Below are positions 36,791 to 50,489 of a DNA stretch of 64,000 nt, piece by piece. Position numbers and translations under genes: made by a program. Origin of the DNA: Octopus sinensis (Eukaryota). The notes beneath the pieces were generated by a model that had not been told where the DNA came from, did no database searches, and saw only the letters and a program-made list of their open reading frames with translations. Location: NCBI RefSeq assembly GCF_006345805.1, contig NC_043004.1, positions 69,378,001 to 69,442,000 of the forward strand, in the 5' to 3' direction. Each line of letters begins with the position of its first letter. Positions within the stretch are counted from its first letter, which is position 1.

Positions 36791-39769
36791 TGAGTCAAAA
36801 GTAGTGCCCAGTTTCTGGGAAGTCATGTTTCGTTGTTTTGCAGATTATTACTGACAGTTTTGAAAGTTACTAGCTCTGGATCATGCATCTTGTTGTTGAT
36901 AATCTTTGATATTCTAACCTGTAAAACAAGAATTAAGAGTCAAAAGTGTCTCCCAATTGGGAGGCCACACATATCAACCATAAAACTACTTTTGACTCAC
37001 TCTGTATATATTTGTTAGAATTTTCCATCTGGTCCATGCAAACATGGAACAATGGACATTGAGCTTTGATGATAAATCATACATCCCCCACTCTCACACA
37101 CACACACTCGCATTCTTTTATTTTTATATCCACACCTTTCCATGCCATTTTGAGAACTACTCTCTGTTGGATCCATATCTTGTGGTTCTGTATTTCAGTT
37201 ACATTTGTTGATTTGTCTTTTTGGCACTATTTTCTCTTTCAATTGGCCATTCTTGACGATAACCAAAAGGATTTCTCTTGACATATCTCTTGTCACTTTT
37301 CGTTAGAATTATATAGTTTAATGCTTTAACAATTAGCTCTTTAAATTCTCTGATGAATCCTTTTCCTACTTGGATAGAGTCTACTCTTGGAGGAGTTTGT
37401 TTTCCATTTTCTTTCTGTTTTTTTCTTTTTTCTCTTATTTTTCTATGCCTTTTCTCTTCATTTCCTTTCTGAATGAAGTAAAATGCAAAAGAAAACAAAT
37501 AATCAAAAACAAAACCACAAATAAACATGAAGAGTGAACTCCATGTTGGATTTTAGCCAATACTAAAAGGATTTGTCAAAGAATTTAAAGACTTATTCTT
37601 AACAATTTCAAGTTAATAAATCCATTAAATGACAAGCTGTTCAACTGAAATTGTTTACAGTCAGTTCTTTTTCATTTTTTTTTTTTGTTGTCTTGTCCCT
37701 TGTTCCCCTCTTTTTTTCTCTTTCTCCTTCTCTCACCCTCATGCAACCTCATTTTTGTTTTTGTTTTTGCTGTTTTCCTTTATAATCTTTCCAAAAATAT
37801 CTAAACATTTGAAGAAAAAAAATTGAAAAAAGAAAGCCAAACCCACCCTTTTTGTTTGTCTGCCAACAGGACTTAATCTTTAAGTGTTGTTAAATTGTAG
37901 AGGTTAATTAAGTAGAATATATATGAAATGCAAGAGATTGCAGAACGTATAAATCAGATAATGTTTGTTTGATATCCTATCAATCAAACTGATGACTTAG
38001 TAAAGATCAATGTACATAGCCATCATCAATAATTGTTGACTGTCAGTCAAAGAAAAACATCTTAAGTAATTAGCATTAATCTAGAATCGCACCTCCATTA
38101 ATATTGTTGTGTTATAGTCTGCAGACACAAGTCGAGCTGTTAGGTTATTAAATCAGATGAGAAATTGCTCTTTTTACCATAGCAATTAGATTAAATGCCT
38201 TTTGGTGTTTGTCGCAGCTCTTTGAGTTCAAATCCTGCCAGAGTCTTTCTTGGATGGAAGGCTTAATTCATTCATTATCAAACTTCTGTGGAAATACACT
38301 GCCTTTTAAATGTTAATTTTGGAAATAATGAAGAACTTAGCAAAATTACTTTGCTGTTTTGAATCTGGTGTTTGGAACTGAAATGAACTTGAAATTATGA
38401 GGGTGGGTGTTTTAATTTAGATCACTTTATGATAGGAAATTTATGTTATAGGACCAAAGGCATTCTTATGTAGGTTGGCATTGAAAAGGTTAATCTGTTG
38501 TCTGGTTTAAAACCACCACATGGCTCAGGTCAAGAAGTTTGCTACCTAACAACATGGTTCAAGGTAACTGTGTGGGACCTTCGATAAGTATCTTCTACCC
38601 CGGGCCAACCAAAGCTTTGTAAGTGAATAAGTGAATTTGGTAAATGGAAACTGAAAGAAACCCATTGTGTGCATGCATGTGTGTGTGTGTGAATCACAGG
38701 CCTGGGACATATATGCAAATAGTGTGAAATCTATATGCTGATGTGCTGTGGTATAGCACATATGAAACAGCATTAAATTTTGAATTAAAAGCAGCTCTAA
38801 CAATAAGGTAAACATTATAGGTTGTACATACATAGGGCATTTTGTTCGTATGCCAATTTGTTGCCGAATAGTGTCCTGGGAAAGCTCCCAACACAATGGT
38901 GAGTATTAAAGAACATTGTCCAAGACCAGGCAAGACATTTCACCTTGAAGTGAACAAGAATGATAGTTACCAATATTTTGCTATTATTGTAGCTTGTCGG
39001 TACCATGTGCTTCAAACACTTTGAAATGAAATGAATCCCTCAACTGCTACTTCATTAACCTTGCAAGGATGAAAGCCAAAGTCAATCTTGGCTGAATTTG
39101 AACTCAGAATGTAAAGACAGACAAAATGCTGTTAAGCATCTTGCCAAGTATACTAATGGTTCTGCCAGTTGCCTCTTTAATAATAATAATAATAATAATA
39201 AAAATAATAATAACAACAATAATTGTTTCCAATTTAGACACAAGGCTGGCACTTTTGAGAAATGGCAGTTCATGAATTACATTAACCTCCATATTTAACT
39301 AGCATTTTATTTATTAACCCCAGAAGGTTGAAAAAGCGTAATTGACATCAGAGGGATTTGAAGTCTGAGAGTCAGCACAAATACCACAAGTCATTCTATC
39401 CAATGCCTTAATGACTTTGTAGCAGTAAATTACCAATAAGTTCAGAGAACTTAGCTGCCATATCCTCCTCCCCTCCTGTTCCACTAATCCGTAGCTTATC
39501 TCAAGTGCTCTAGATTTCCTCCCAGTTCAGTGGGGATGGTCAACAAATGTTTTTGAATGTCCTACTTTGGTGTGTATGGGCTGTTTCATTAATTACTTCA
39601 TATTTAGCGTTGATAATTCAACAATGTCAGCAGTAACAACAACAACAACAACAACAATAGCTAATGTACTTTAGTTACTCAACAACTGTGACTGACAGCC
39701 AGCCAGGCAGATTGTTTTTTTGTTTTTTCTTTTACTTTGTTTTCTGATTTAAATGCTGTTGCTGCTGCT

Positions 39770-40155
39770 CTTACTACTACTACTACTTCTGCTACTACTA
39801 CTATTACTACTACTACTACTACTACTATTACTACTACTACTACTGCTGCTGCTGCTACTATTACTGCTGCTGCTGCTACTACTACTACTACTTGCTCTTA
39901 CTACTACTACTTCTGCTGCTGCTCTTACTACTGCTACTACTACTACTGCTACTACTGCTGCTGCTGCTAAAACTGCTGCTGCTACCACCACTGCTGCTGC
40001 TACTACTACTTCTGCTGCTGCTGCTGCTACTATTACTGCTACTATTACTGCTACTACTTCTACTACTACTACTTCTGCTGCTGCTACTACTACTACTTCT
40101 GCTGCTACTACTACTACTTCTGCTACTACTACTACTACTACTTCTGCTGCTGCTG

Positions 40156-40192
<37 letters not shown>

Positions 40193-40215
40193 TATACTAC
40201 TTCTGCTACTACTAC
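39770..40215. repeat. Mixed (CTA)n/(CTG)n trinucleotide array
   Basis: Direct reading; produces the poly-L, poly-T, poly-V and poly-S ORFs. Confidence 0.95.
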
Positions 40216-41084
40216 ATATCAAGATAAACAGCACATGACCTTGCAGGTGGGGCCCAGTTAAAATTTTCTTCAGGTCGAGTAGCTAAGAATGTTCAACGAA
40301 ACACCCGGGTTTCCAAAGGTAAATTGTCCAAAACCCAAAGAATTCCTCTCAACACAGCTATGATGTTCCCTCACTACTTCTGCTTATGATTAGAGATGCA
40401 CATATTGTCAGCCACCAAGGGACATGCACAACTGGTTAAGGTCAAACAACTGACAAGCAAATCTGTGGTATTGAGCAGAATATTTGCTGTAGCCCATCTT
40501 TTATACCAAGACAAAACAATGTTCATGATAACACTTCCAGTCAGTTAAGATCAGAAGCCATGCGAGTCACTGCCTGATACTACTATTATTATTATCATTA
40601 TTATTATCATCATTATTATTATTTATCAGTTCCATTTGCAGATGAGCAATGTTCTAATAACCTCTGAAAATTACATCAGGCAGGTTCAGTAAATCAGAAG
40701 AGTTATGTTGTCAGATGTCAAATTTGGCTTCTGACACAACTTCTGGAATATTTCTTCGTTATGCTTCTTACATTTCTAATTGCATAAGAACTGATAAGTA
40801 ATCATTAAATTATGACCATTACCACCCACCCTCTTCCATGTCTTCTCTCTCTTTTCTTTTCTTAGATCTGTTACTTTTATACTAATCTGTGATCTTGACG
40901 TTCCTGATAAAAAATTAAAAAATGTCTAATAGAGCCAAGTTTCATAACAGTGACCTCAGCAGTTGTTTCGGCATGGATGTTTCAACTAAATACTTAGAAA
41001 TATTTTAATTATTATATCTTATAAAATAAGGATCAGCACCTCGTTATCTTTTACCTGTTTTATCAGGAGTGCTGGTTATCATCA

Positions 41085-41340
41085 TTATTATTTGATCCTT
41101 TTGTATTTAAAGCAGCCGTATCTAGCTGTTCTACCTGTTTTATATATTCTACCTGTTTTATGTTCTACCTGTTTTATATATTCTACCTGTTTTATATATT
41201 CTACCTGTTTTATGTTCAAACTGGCAGAATGCAGCCTCTCACACCTTTCCTGTAACATCATTCTAAAAGCAAACAATCACATCATTGAAATCTCAAAGCT
41301 TCGGGATAATATCTCATTAATTCAAAATGTTGTGTTGTTG
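41085..41340. repeat. Fragment of the piggyBac-type MITE family with an internal 5-copy minisatellite (TTCTACCTGTTTTAT)
   Basis: Five direct copies at about 41128-41213 run into GTTCAAACTGGC, a motif shared with 56300-56330 and 57255-57280. Confidence 0.65.
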
Positions 41341-42734
41341 TGAAATCCTGACACTCCTGTGGAATAGCAAGTCAACTGTTCTAAACCATATCAGATCAAC
41401 TTGCAATTTAGGACACTAAATGAGAACATTAAATAAACTATATCACATTATCTCAGTGTCCTATTTATAGGACACCGAGTATTTCCATTTCTACTTGAAG
41501 TAAAGGAGTTCTAATAATTTTTTTTTTTTCATTTTAACCTATTTTCAATCCTCTGTAAAAATTTAAAAGTAATATTCAGAAATTTAAGTACTCTGGGACT
41601 TAATGGGTTAATGTATCAGTGGCCGAGTACTCCACAGACATGTGTACACTTAGTCTAGTTCTCAGGGAGATTTTGCATGACACAGAATTTGACAAGGCTA
41701 GTCCTTTGAATTACAGGTTTCACTCATTTTTACCAGTAGAGTGGACTGGAACAACATGAAATAAAGTGTCTTGCTCAAGGACACAACACACCACCAGGAA
41801 TTGAACTCATGACTTTATGATTGAGAGCTGAATACCCTAACCACTAAGCCATGAGGCTTTTACTGATGTTAAGACAGACACACTCACACGATGGGCTTCT
41901 TTTCAGTTTCCGTCTATCAGATCAACTCGCAATGCTTTGTTTTACACGTAGATACTTGCCCAAGACGCAATGCAGTGGGATTGAACCCAAGACCATATGG
42001 TCAGGAAGCAAGCTGCACCTGCACCTATAACTGCTATGGGGGTTTTAAATGGAGTGAAGAGAAATGCTTGATTGAATGCTCAATCTTGGCCCCAGGGGAG
42101 GTGTAGGCAAAATGAATTATTATAAAAACTGAAATTAGAACTTAGCTTCCAAGCCATTCTTGCAGTGCTAATTATTTGTTAATTATTGCTATAGAATTAG
42201 AAAATTTCTCAAACATTTATTTTATGTATGTTGTGTAACGTGTAATGAAATGTTTTATTTTTTAGAAAAAAAAAAGATCAGTTTTTTTTGTAGAATTACT
42301 CTCTTTGGGAATTTATTATTGAAATATAGAAATAATTCCATTAATAAAGCAGCCATAATTTGAAAGGATAATACCATTTCCATGCCTACCGCTTGAGGCA
42401 GCTATTATGTGGTTGTTGAATTTGCTAGAAATAGCAGTGAAATTTCAAATAACAGCACTTCACAGTATATTAGACAGTCGTCATCATCGTCATCATCATT
42501 TTAATGTTTGCTTTCCTGTGCTTGTATGGGTCAGACAGATGTTATTGAGGCACAGTTTTTGCAGCTTGATGCCCTTACTGTTGCCAATCTTTCCCTGTTT
42601 CTAAGCAAAAACATATTTCACCATGGTCAAGTATGTTTTCGTAGAATTGCAGAATATTGCATTCATTTATAACCATCAAGTGACATCTAGATAATAAACC
42701 ATCCATAATCAAGTAATGTCTAGATAATAAAACC

Positions 42735-42779
<45 letters not shown>

Positions 42780-44717
42780 ATTAAAATCCTTTCTAATTTA
42801 GCGACAAGGCTTGAAGTTTAGCAAGTGGGAGTAATTAATGACATCAGTAGTATTTGACTGGACCCTGAAAGGAAGAAAAACAAAGTCAACCTCAATGGAA
42901 TTTGAACTTAAAATGTAAAGAATCAACAGAAATAATAGCAGGGCCACAATGATTCTGCACCATGTCCTGTGTTGTTTGAAGGACAAACTATTAGTATAAG
43001 TAGTTTTCAATTTTAAATAGAATTGAAAATAATCAGTAGTAATTTTTTGAAAAAATACATTTAAAAATAAGCCAAAAAAACAAGTAAAAAATGAAATGGT
43101 AGTTCTTCAGTATTTTGATACAAAAATTATGTATCTTTGGCAGTGTTTCTGAGACTTCATGTTTCTTGATTCAAAGATTATATTTCCAGCATTAAATACT
43201 TACAAACTATTCCATAAACCCTCAACAGAAGAGAACAAAATATCATTTGCTTGTCAGTTGTAATTAACATTTTCCTAATGTTGTTTACTAGTTAAATTAA
43301 CAAGCTAAACCATGTTATTTATTATATCAGAACAATATAGTTAAATGCTGAACAGGCCATTAACGAGAAAGCTAAACTTGGTTGGCTTTTTTTTAGATTC
43401 TCAGCCAGTTCCATCTAACTTTTGACTTGTTTTAAAATTTTTTTCAGTCTTTGGACTGTGGCCATCCTGGAGGTGCCACCTTGAAAGGTTTTAGTCAAGC
43501 AAAATCAACTGTAGTACCTATTTTTTAAAGCCTGGTACTTATTCTTTTAAACACTTTTTGCTGAACCACTAAATTACAAGGATGTAAACAACCCAACACT
43601 GGTCCAGCAGTCATAGGGACAAACACAAGCACAAATACACACATAGATATATATATACTTACATGCACACACACACACACACAAATGCATATATGACAGG
43701 CTTCTTCTAGTTTACATCCATCCAAGGTACTCACAAGGCTTTAGTCAGCCCAGGGTTACTGTAGATGCTACTTGTTCAAGGTGCCACACAGTGGGACTGA
43801 ACCCTGATTCATGTGGCTGAGAAGCAAGCTTCCTACCACATACCCATACCTGTACCTATCTGCCCTTTTTTCCTTGAATTCTTTACAATCTAAATAACTG
43901 TATAATACCCTCACCACAACTGATTGTTGATGGAATTACTGCATGCATCAGGTTGCTAAGTTTTCTCTTTGAGCATAACTAAATCTCTGATTTATCAAGG
44001 TCTTCTCTATTCAGCTTGTAGATCACTTACTTTGATATCTATCACATTTCTTTCTCTTTTTATTATAAGAATTTTTTTCCACAATGCTGGCATGGCTACG
44101 TGGTAAGCATTTTGCTTCCCAACCACGTGGTTTTAGGTTCAGTACCACTGCATGGCATCTTGGACAAGTGTCTTCTATAACAGCCCCAGCTTCTGGTTGA
44201 CAGAAACTGAAAGGGGACCAGTGTATACTTATGTATGTGTGTGTGTGTGTGTATAAATATGCATCTGTGTGTTTGTGTCTGTCTCTTGCTCTATTGTTGT
44301 TGGTTTGTGTACCTTCCCATAACTTAGCTGTTCACCAAAAGAGATCGATAAAATAAGTATCAGACTTTGAAAAAAGAGTTCTATGGCTAATTCATTTCAC
44401 TAAAACTTTTCAAGGCAGTACCACAGCTTATCCCCTGTTTGAGCAAGTAAAAGATAAAAAAAAATAATGCCTTCAGTCAACCATGACCAAGATGCATTTC
44501 ACCATACTCTGCCAGCAATCTCTGCCTCTCCCCATATTAGCTTCAGTAGGTCCCCAATTTCAGGTTGCATATGTCTACCAGATAACATTACTGTAGTTAA
44601 GTGGTGTCCTCCTATGTCAGGGCACTAAAGTTTTCAAAATATAACAAGTCTAATAAAACTCATTTCTTAACTGTGACCAGTAAAATTTACTCAGCATTGA
44701 GCAACAATGGTAAAGTG

Positions 44718-45052
44718 CAGTTCTATATTTAAGAGATGAGGAATTGTGTACATTATTTACATTCAACGGATATATGTCCTCAACTTGTTTGTTGTTAACT
44801 CAACATTTCAGCTGATATACCCTCCAGCCTCCATCAGGTGTCTTGGGGAACTTTCGAACCTGGGTTATCATTCCTTAGGTATAATAATAATAGTAATAAT
44901 AACAATAATAATAACATTGAAAAATACCTTAAAAATGAGAGCTCAGGTTTGAAATTTCCCCAAGATGAAGGCTGGCGGGTATATCAGCCGAAACGCTGTG
45001 TTAACAACAAACAAGATGAGGACAAATATCCATCAAATGTAAATAATGTAAA
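44718..45052. mobile_element. Second palindromic copy of the 33.7-kb element, tRNA heads replaced by (AAT)n
   Basis: Same terminus CAGTTCTATATTTAAGAGATGAGG. Minus arm HHR-like at 44796-44842; plus arm GATGA-A-GGCTG...CAGCC-GAAACGCT-GTGTT at 44964-45002. Confidence 0.8.
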
Positions 45053-46676
45053 TGGTAAATTGGGTGGACTGTGCCCATAAATGCCTTCATTAGTCTTGTA
45101 CTCACATCGCGAGATGGTTTTGAGCTCTCATGAGAAGCAGAAATTACATACCATCAAGGAGCTCTTGCAACCCTTTTTTTCACAGTCTTGTTTTCAGCCC
45201 TGAATGGATGAATGCTCCCTATAAATGTCCCTAAGATCATCCTTGTTAACTTGGAAGTACTTGATTGTTAGATGAGGATTTGATAACTAAGCAATGTCAA
45301 TGAGAAATGAAAGACCTAAGCTATAATAATAGCCTATTTTTAAGCATTTGCTTATCCATCTACGCATTTGTGTATGTCTCCCCACTACAGCTTGACAACC
45401 ATCATTGGTTTGTTTATGTCCATGTGATCTAGCGGTTCAGCAAAAAGAGACTGATAGAATAAGTAGAAGGCTTAAGGAAAAAAATATGTTCTAGGATCAA
45501 TTTGTTGAATCAAACTCACCATAGATGTAAAAGACTGCCTTTGTTCATGAACGACCATGGGATTTCACCTAGAAAGTTCTCCTCTGAGGCACAAGTCCAG
45601 ACAAGGGTGTTTATGGAAGACCAGCATTCGCCCATGCATACTAGCCTCCCCTCTTCATGCCACTGATGTTATCCAAAGGAAAGGCAAAGGCCGATACAGC
45701 TTGGCACCAGTGATGTTGCAACTCATTTCTACAGCTGAGTGAACTGAAGCTATGTGGAATAAAGTGTGTTGCTCAAGAACACAACACAAAGCCCTGTCTG
45801 GGAATCGAACTCACTATCTTATGATTGTGAGCCCAACACTCTAACCACTGAACCATGCACCTTCTCATCATATATATGTGTGTGTGTGTGTGTGTCTGTG
45901 TTTGTCCTTAACCACCACATGACGACTGGTGTTGGTTTGTTAACATCCCATAACTTAACAGTTCAGCAAAAAGCAACCATTAGAATAAGTTCCAGGCTTG
46001 AAAAAAAAAAAAAATTTAATTTCTAGGGGTTCAGCCAGTTAACTAAAGATCCTTCAAGGCAGTGCCCCAGCATGACCACGGTCTAAAGACTGAAAGAAGT
46101 AAAAAGACAAAAGGCAAAGAAGCTAACCATATGATTGTGTTAAGAAATGAAAGCCATAATCGCTGATAACGACCTGATCTATAATAACCTCCAGTAAATC
46201 ATTTACCTGTTCATTCTCAATAAGAACCAAGTGACAGAGATGAGAAATGGAAGCAGTAATCTTTGATAATAGCTTTTTCTGTAATAATCGACTTTTAAGC
46301 TTTTACTTATTCATTTTCACTCATTCAACATAAACCAAGTTATTTTCGTACATTCCCCACTATTGTTGGCTTCATTTTTATTGCCACCCACACACGTCCT
46401 AGAATTGAAAGATCGCTTATTCAGTCGTGAAAGAGCAGACATATGATCAAAGGCATTCCAGCTGTGGCCAGCTAGTCTTGTTTCTTGGAATTTCTTTAAC
46501 TAAGACTACATTATCCAATGTATCTGTTATATTAAGGTAGTAAAAAGAAAAGTTCAGCGAGGCGTCGCTCTTGAGCAAGTAAGGTTTTGTGGCATATACT
46601 CCACTCACAGTACAGCCTGGTTAGCTCTGTCAAAGATGGACACCATTTGGAAATTAGATCTTAACAGAGAGCTTAA

Positions 46677-46896
46677 CCCTTTCGTTACTAACCCGGCTGA
46701 AACCGGCTCTGGCTCTGAGTACAAATGTCTGGTTTTCATAAGTTGTGAATTAAAATCTTCCACCAAACCTTAGTCACATTTAATGTTCGTAACACTAGCT
46801 TAATGATAATGAAGTTATTTTACTAAATTCTTTGTTATATTTAAAATAATTGAGAGAAAAACAGAGAATCTCAAAATAAATACAGTAACGAAAGGG
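46677..46896. mobile_element. piggyBac-type MITE, copy of 13180-13399
   Basis: TTAA|CCCTTTCGTTACT...AGTAACGAAAGGG|TTAA. Confidence 0.9.
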
Positions 46897-46999
46897 TTAA
46901 GATTAACTTTTTTGGGGCAACAAAAACTGTGCTCTTATACATCTGCACTCTTATACATCTGCACAATATGGATTTTAGCAAAGGCACTGGAAAGAAAAG

Positions 47000-47358
47000 T
47001 AGATGGAATGCTGCACAAGACTTTTGAGAGCAGCACTGAGCATCAGATTTTGGCAGTCCCATATGATAAACCAGGTTCTTTATGGTAATCTTCTAAGAGT
47101 TACTTCTGCTATAAAGAAACAGACTGAGATTCTGCAGACACCACTTTTGTAACAAAGTCTGTCAAATATTGATGTGAGAAACAACACATGGAAAATGATT
47201 TGATGGTTGTCCTGCTAGGACATTTATCAAGTAACTGGTCAAAGACTCTGTCTTACTGAAGAGTGACGTATGAAGAGCAGTGCAGACAAGGGAGGGAATT
47301 CTGGAGACTGGTGCTTGATAGTGTTTATCTGCAGATGACAATGATGATGATGATGATA
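47000..47358 (+). pseudogene. Old RTE-type LINE 3' end with (GAT)n tail
   Basis: NQVLYGNLLRVTSAIKK...LRFCRH...ETTHGK parallels IYGKLPPVS...RRVQFAGH...LWKP of the 3451 element. Ends GATGATGATGATGAT. Confidence 0.6.
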
Positions 47359-47761
47359 AAAGTGACTATGCTGCAACTAAACATCTAAAATATTTTCTAT
47401 GTAGCTATGAGCAGACATTGACCCTCTCTGTTGCCATTGACCCAGAGGAACAACCAGGATGAGATAGGTGGAGGGAGAGAGCCTACACAGACACTCAGCT
47501 GTTGTTTGTTATTGCATCTTTATGATCACGAACCAAACAATCTAACCATTAAGTCAAGTGCCTGTGTTTGGAAATAGTGAAACACTGTCAGCTATTTTTA
47601 TCATGTCAACTGATTGCATAGTGCCTTCATTTGCTCATGAAAACTATTTGTGGTTATTTAGTCTCAAATCAGCTTTGATCAAGCAAACTTATGAACATAT
47701 TCCAGCTATGACCATTCCTCCTTTTGGATAGTGTACTTGTGAGAACATTACTATTTCCTAA

Positions 47762-47978
47762 AGTGGCAGGCTGGTAGAAACATTAGCACGTCGGTTGAAA
47801 TGCTTAGTGGTATTTTCTGTCTTTACATTCTCAGTTCAAATTCCGCCGAGGTCGACTTTGCTTTTCATCATTTTAGGGTCAATAAAATGAGTACCAGTTG
47901 TGTACTGGGGTCGATCTAATTGACTGGCCCCTTCCTGCCAAATTTCAGGCCTTGTGCTTTGAAGAGAAAAGATTATCT
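47762..47978 (+). mobile_element. SINE family B
   Basis: Conserved family B core. Another copy at 54478-54655 has a duplicated core segment. Confidence 0.85.
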
Positions 47979-49245
47979 ACTATTTCCATTTTATTTTTTT
48001 CAATACTGGCAGATGGAGTAGGTCGTAGGAGAGTTGACTGCCATTTCTAACAGATCAAGTGACCTGGTTCCCTCCTTGGTTAATAGAGGATAAGATGCAG
48101 TGCAGCTACTCAATTTTATACTTATTCTTTTTATCGTTTACTTGTTCCAGTGTGAAGGTATGTGGTTTAGTGGTTAGGGTATTCCGCTCACAATCATAAG
48201 TTGTGGGTTTAATTCCCGGTGATGCATTGTGTCCTTGAGCAAGACACTTTTCACGTTGCTCCACTCTACTCAGCTGGCAAAAATGGGTAGCACCTGTATT
48301 TCAAAAAGCTGGCGTTGTCACACTCTGTGTCATGCTGACTCTCTCTGAGAACTGCGTTAATGGTATACGTGTCTGTGGAGTGCTCAGCCACTTGCATGTT
48401 AACTGCACGAGCAAGCTGTTCCATTGATCGGATCAACTAGAACACAGTACTACTTTAAAGGATTTATTCAAACAAATCAACAACAGTACTTGTTTCTCAG
48501 TCAGGTTTCTCGACTAGCAGTTTCTTTCACTAAACAAAGGTACAGGGATGTAAACAAACCAACACAGATGACAACCAGTCTTTAGGGACAAACACACACA
48601 CACACATATATATATACACATATATATATACACACACACATATATATATATACATATATACATCAGGTTTCTGCACAGTTTCCACCTATCAAATTCACTC
48701 ACAAAGCATTGTTTGGCACGGAGCTATAGTAGAAGATACCTACCCAAGGTGCCACACATTTGAATTGAACCTGAAACCACATGGTTGCAAAGCAGGCTCC
48801 TTAACCACACAGTCATGCCTTCACTTATTTGTGGACCTCTTTTTCTTGTTCCAAGTATGTGGTGTCATAGAAATTTCACTGCTATATCTAGCAGATTTTG
48901 TGAACCCATAGAAGATGCCTTATTGGCTTGATATGCACAGTGTAATCACTGACGGTGGATTGTTGATATTATTGCTGTTTAACCCTAAGTCAAGCTCAAC
49001 TGAACACTGCCCTGAGGTTCTGCAAAGTGGGACTGAACTTGAAACTATGTGGTTGTAAAGTGAGCTTCTTTATCCCACAGCCATGCCTGCCCCCTATGCA
49101 CACTGCTATGGCTGTGCCTATATTCAACATGTCTGAAACAACACAGAACTTCAGTCACCAAGGGATCAGCAAGTACATACAGTCATAAATTCGAGTTTGC
49201 ATCAGTTGAAATTCCCAAAAGAAAAAAAAAAAAAATTGTATCTTG

Positions 49246-49638
49246 TTAAGAGACTGAGGGCCAACTTTTCCTTTTGTCCTTTTGGGGTTGATAAAATAGG
49301 TACCAGTTGAACACGGGGGTTAATGTTATTGACTTAACTATGCCTGGGTAAGAGCATAAAAACTGTACCTCTGTGCCCAACCATGTGTGAATTCTTACAT
49401 GCTTTTTCAAGGAGCAGCTGGCTGAGAAACCTCTACCACATACTTGGCAGTGGTAAGGTCGATCGTCCGTATGTGTCCTGATGTGCAAAACTAGAGTATT
49501 CTTCTGAGAAAATGTCTTTTCACAAATATCACAGACATGGGTCCTTTTCACAGAGGATACTTTGGTTGATTTTAAGAACTGAGTTTCCAATGAAGGATCT
49601 GCTTTGAAAATAATTTGTAATTCTGGTGGATCCTCCAT
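49246..49638 (-). CDS. C2H2 (Kruppel-type) zinc-finger ORF with two fingers; the last about 40 codons are non-ZNF and run into a SINE B fragment (49250-49345)
   Basis: CDICEKTFSQKNTLVLHIRTH-TDDRP-YHCQVCGRGFSASCSLKKHVRIH has all eight Zn ligands and a TGEKP-like linker. The start context GCCAAGATGG is a strong Kozak. A possible donor GAG|GTACAG after codon 90 would limit the exon to 49369-49638. Confidence 0.7.
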   Translation of the reverse strand: MEDPPELQIIFKADPSLETQFLKSTKVSSVKRTHVCDICEKTFSQKNTLVLHIRTHTDDRPYHCQVCGRGFSASCSLKKHVRIHTWLGTEVQFLCSYPGIVKSITLTPVFNWYLFYQPQKDKRKSWPSVS

Positions 49639-49639
49639 C

Positions 49640-49800
49640 TTGGCTATTCACTTTCCAGTCCTTATTCCATGCTTAAATTCAGTTAAGATTACAAGTACAA
49701 ATCTACATGATCGTAGGCGAAACGTACACAAATCCGCAACTTAAGTCAGTCATTTTCCGCAACAGTTTCCTTCCTGTTGTTTCTTCAAACCATCAGACTC
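49640..49800 (-). promoter_or_regulatory. Putative promoter/5' UTR of the ZNF ORF
   Basis: Small CpG-enriched unique segment directly upstream of the ATG, with GCGGAAAATG and GCGGATTT (ETS-like CGGA cores). Confidence 0.35.
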
Positions 49801-50489
49801 ATCAAACCAGACTGTGGTTGGTAAAGAGAATATGCTGAAGCCTTCATAGTGCAGTGGATAGAATGTAAGCAGCCCAATCCAATCCAGAAGAAACTAGCAT
49901 CAAAACTTATTACAGAAACCTAATTTCTTCAGTTCTACACAAACCAAATATTCTGTTATTAAGCGTCACTCTGTTCCACTTTTGGCAGCAGGATTACTGT
50001 TGTCGCAATTGTTTTGTTTTTTTTCACCAATATAAATTATCTTAGATACCCTTGTTATTACATCTAATTAAGCAGATCCACATTTCTGACTCCTTTCTCT
50101 GGTTCATGCTGCTTTTACCAATGACAACAGCTTAAATAGTATTATCTGCTGATGCTCCATTTATTTCCTATATAGGGCAATACATTTCTAAATTGATAAT
50201 TAGTACAATAATTACTTTGATTATTTTATCCTTGAACACAACAGAGAGGTCCAAACCGACAAGGGAGGTCTTTAGATGAACTGCTAGAAAAAGCAGCCAA
50301 ATCTCTCTCTTATTCACAATGCACACTGCATCAATAAAATTCTAGTACTTATTGCTGAGCTTTCGACCTTGAGCTGTTATGTAAATGAGCTGGGTCAATC
50401 ACAAATTTTGCTTACATTTTAATATGTAGTCTTCCTCTACTATTGTTGGTAATTTGGCAAAGAAAGACAAGTGAATCTTCACAAATTAC

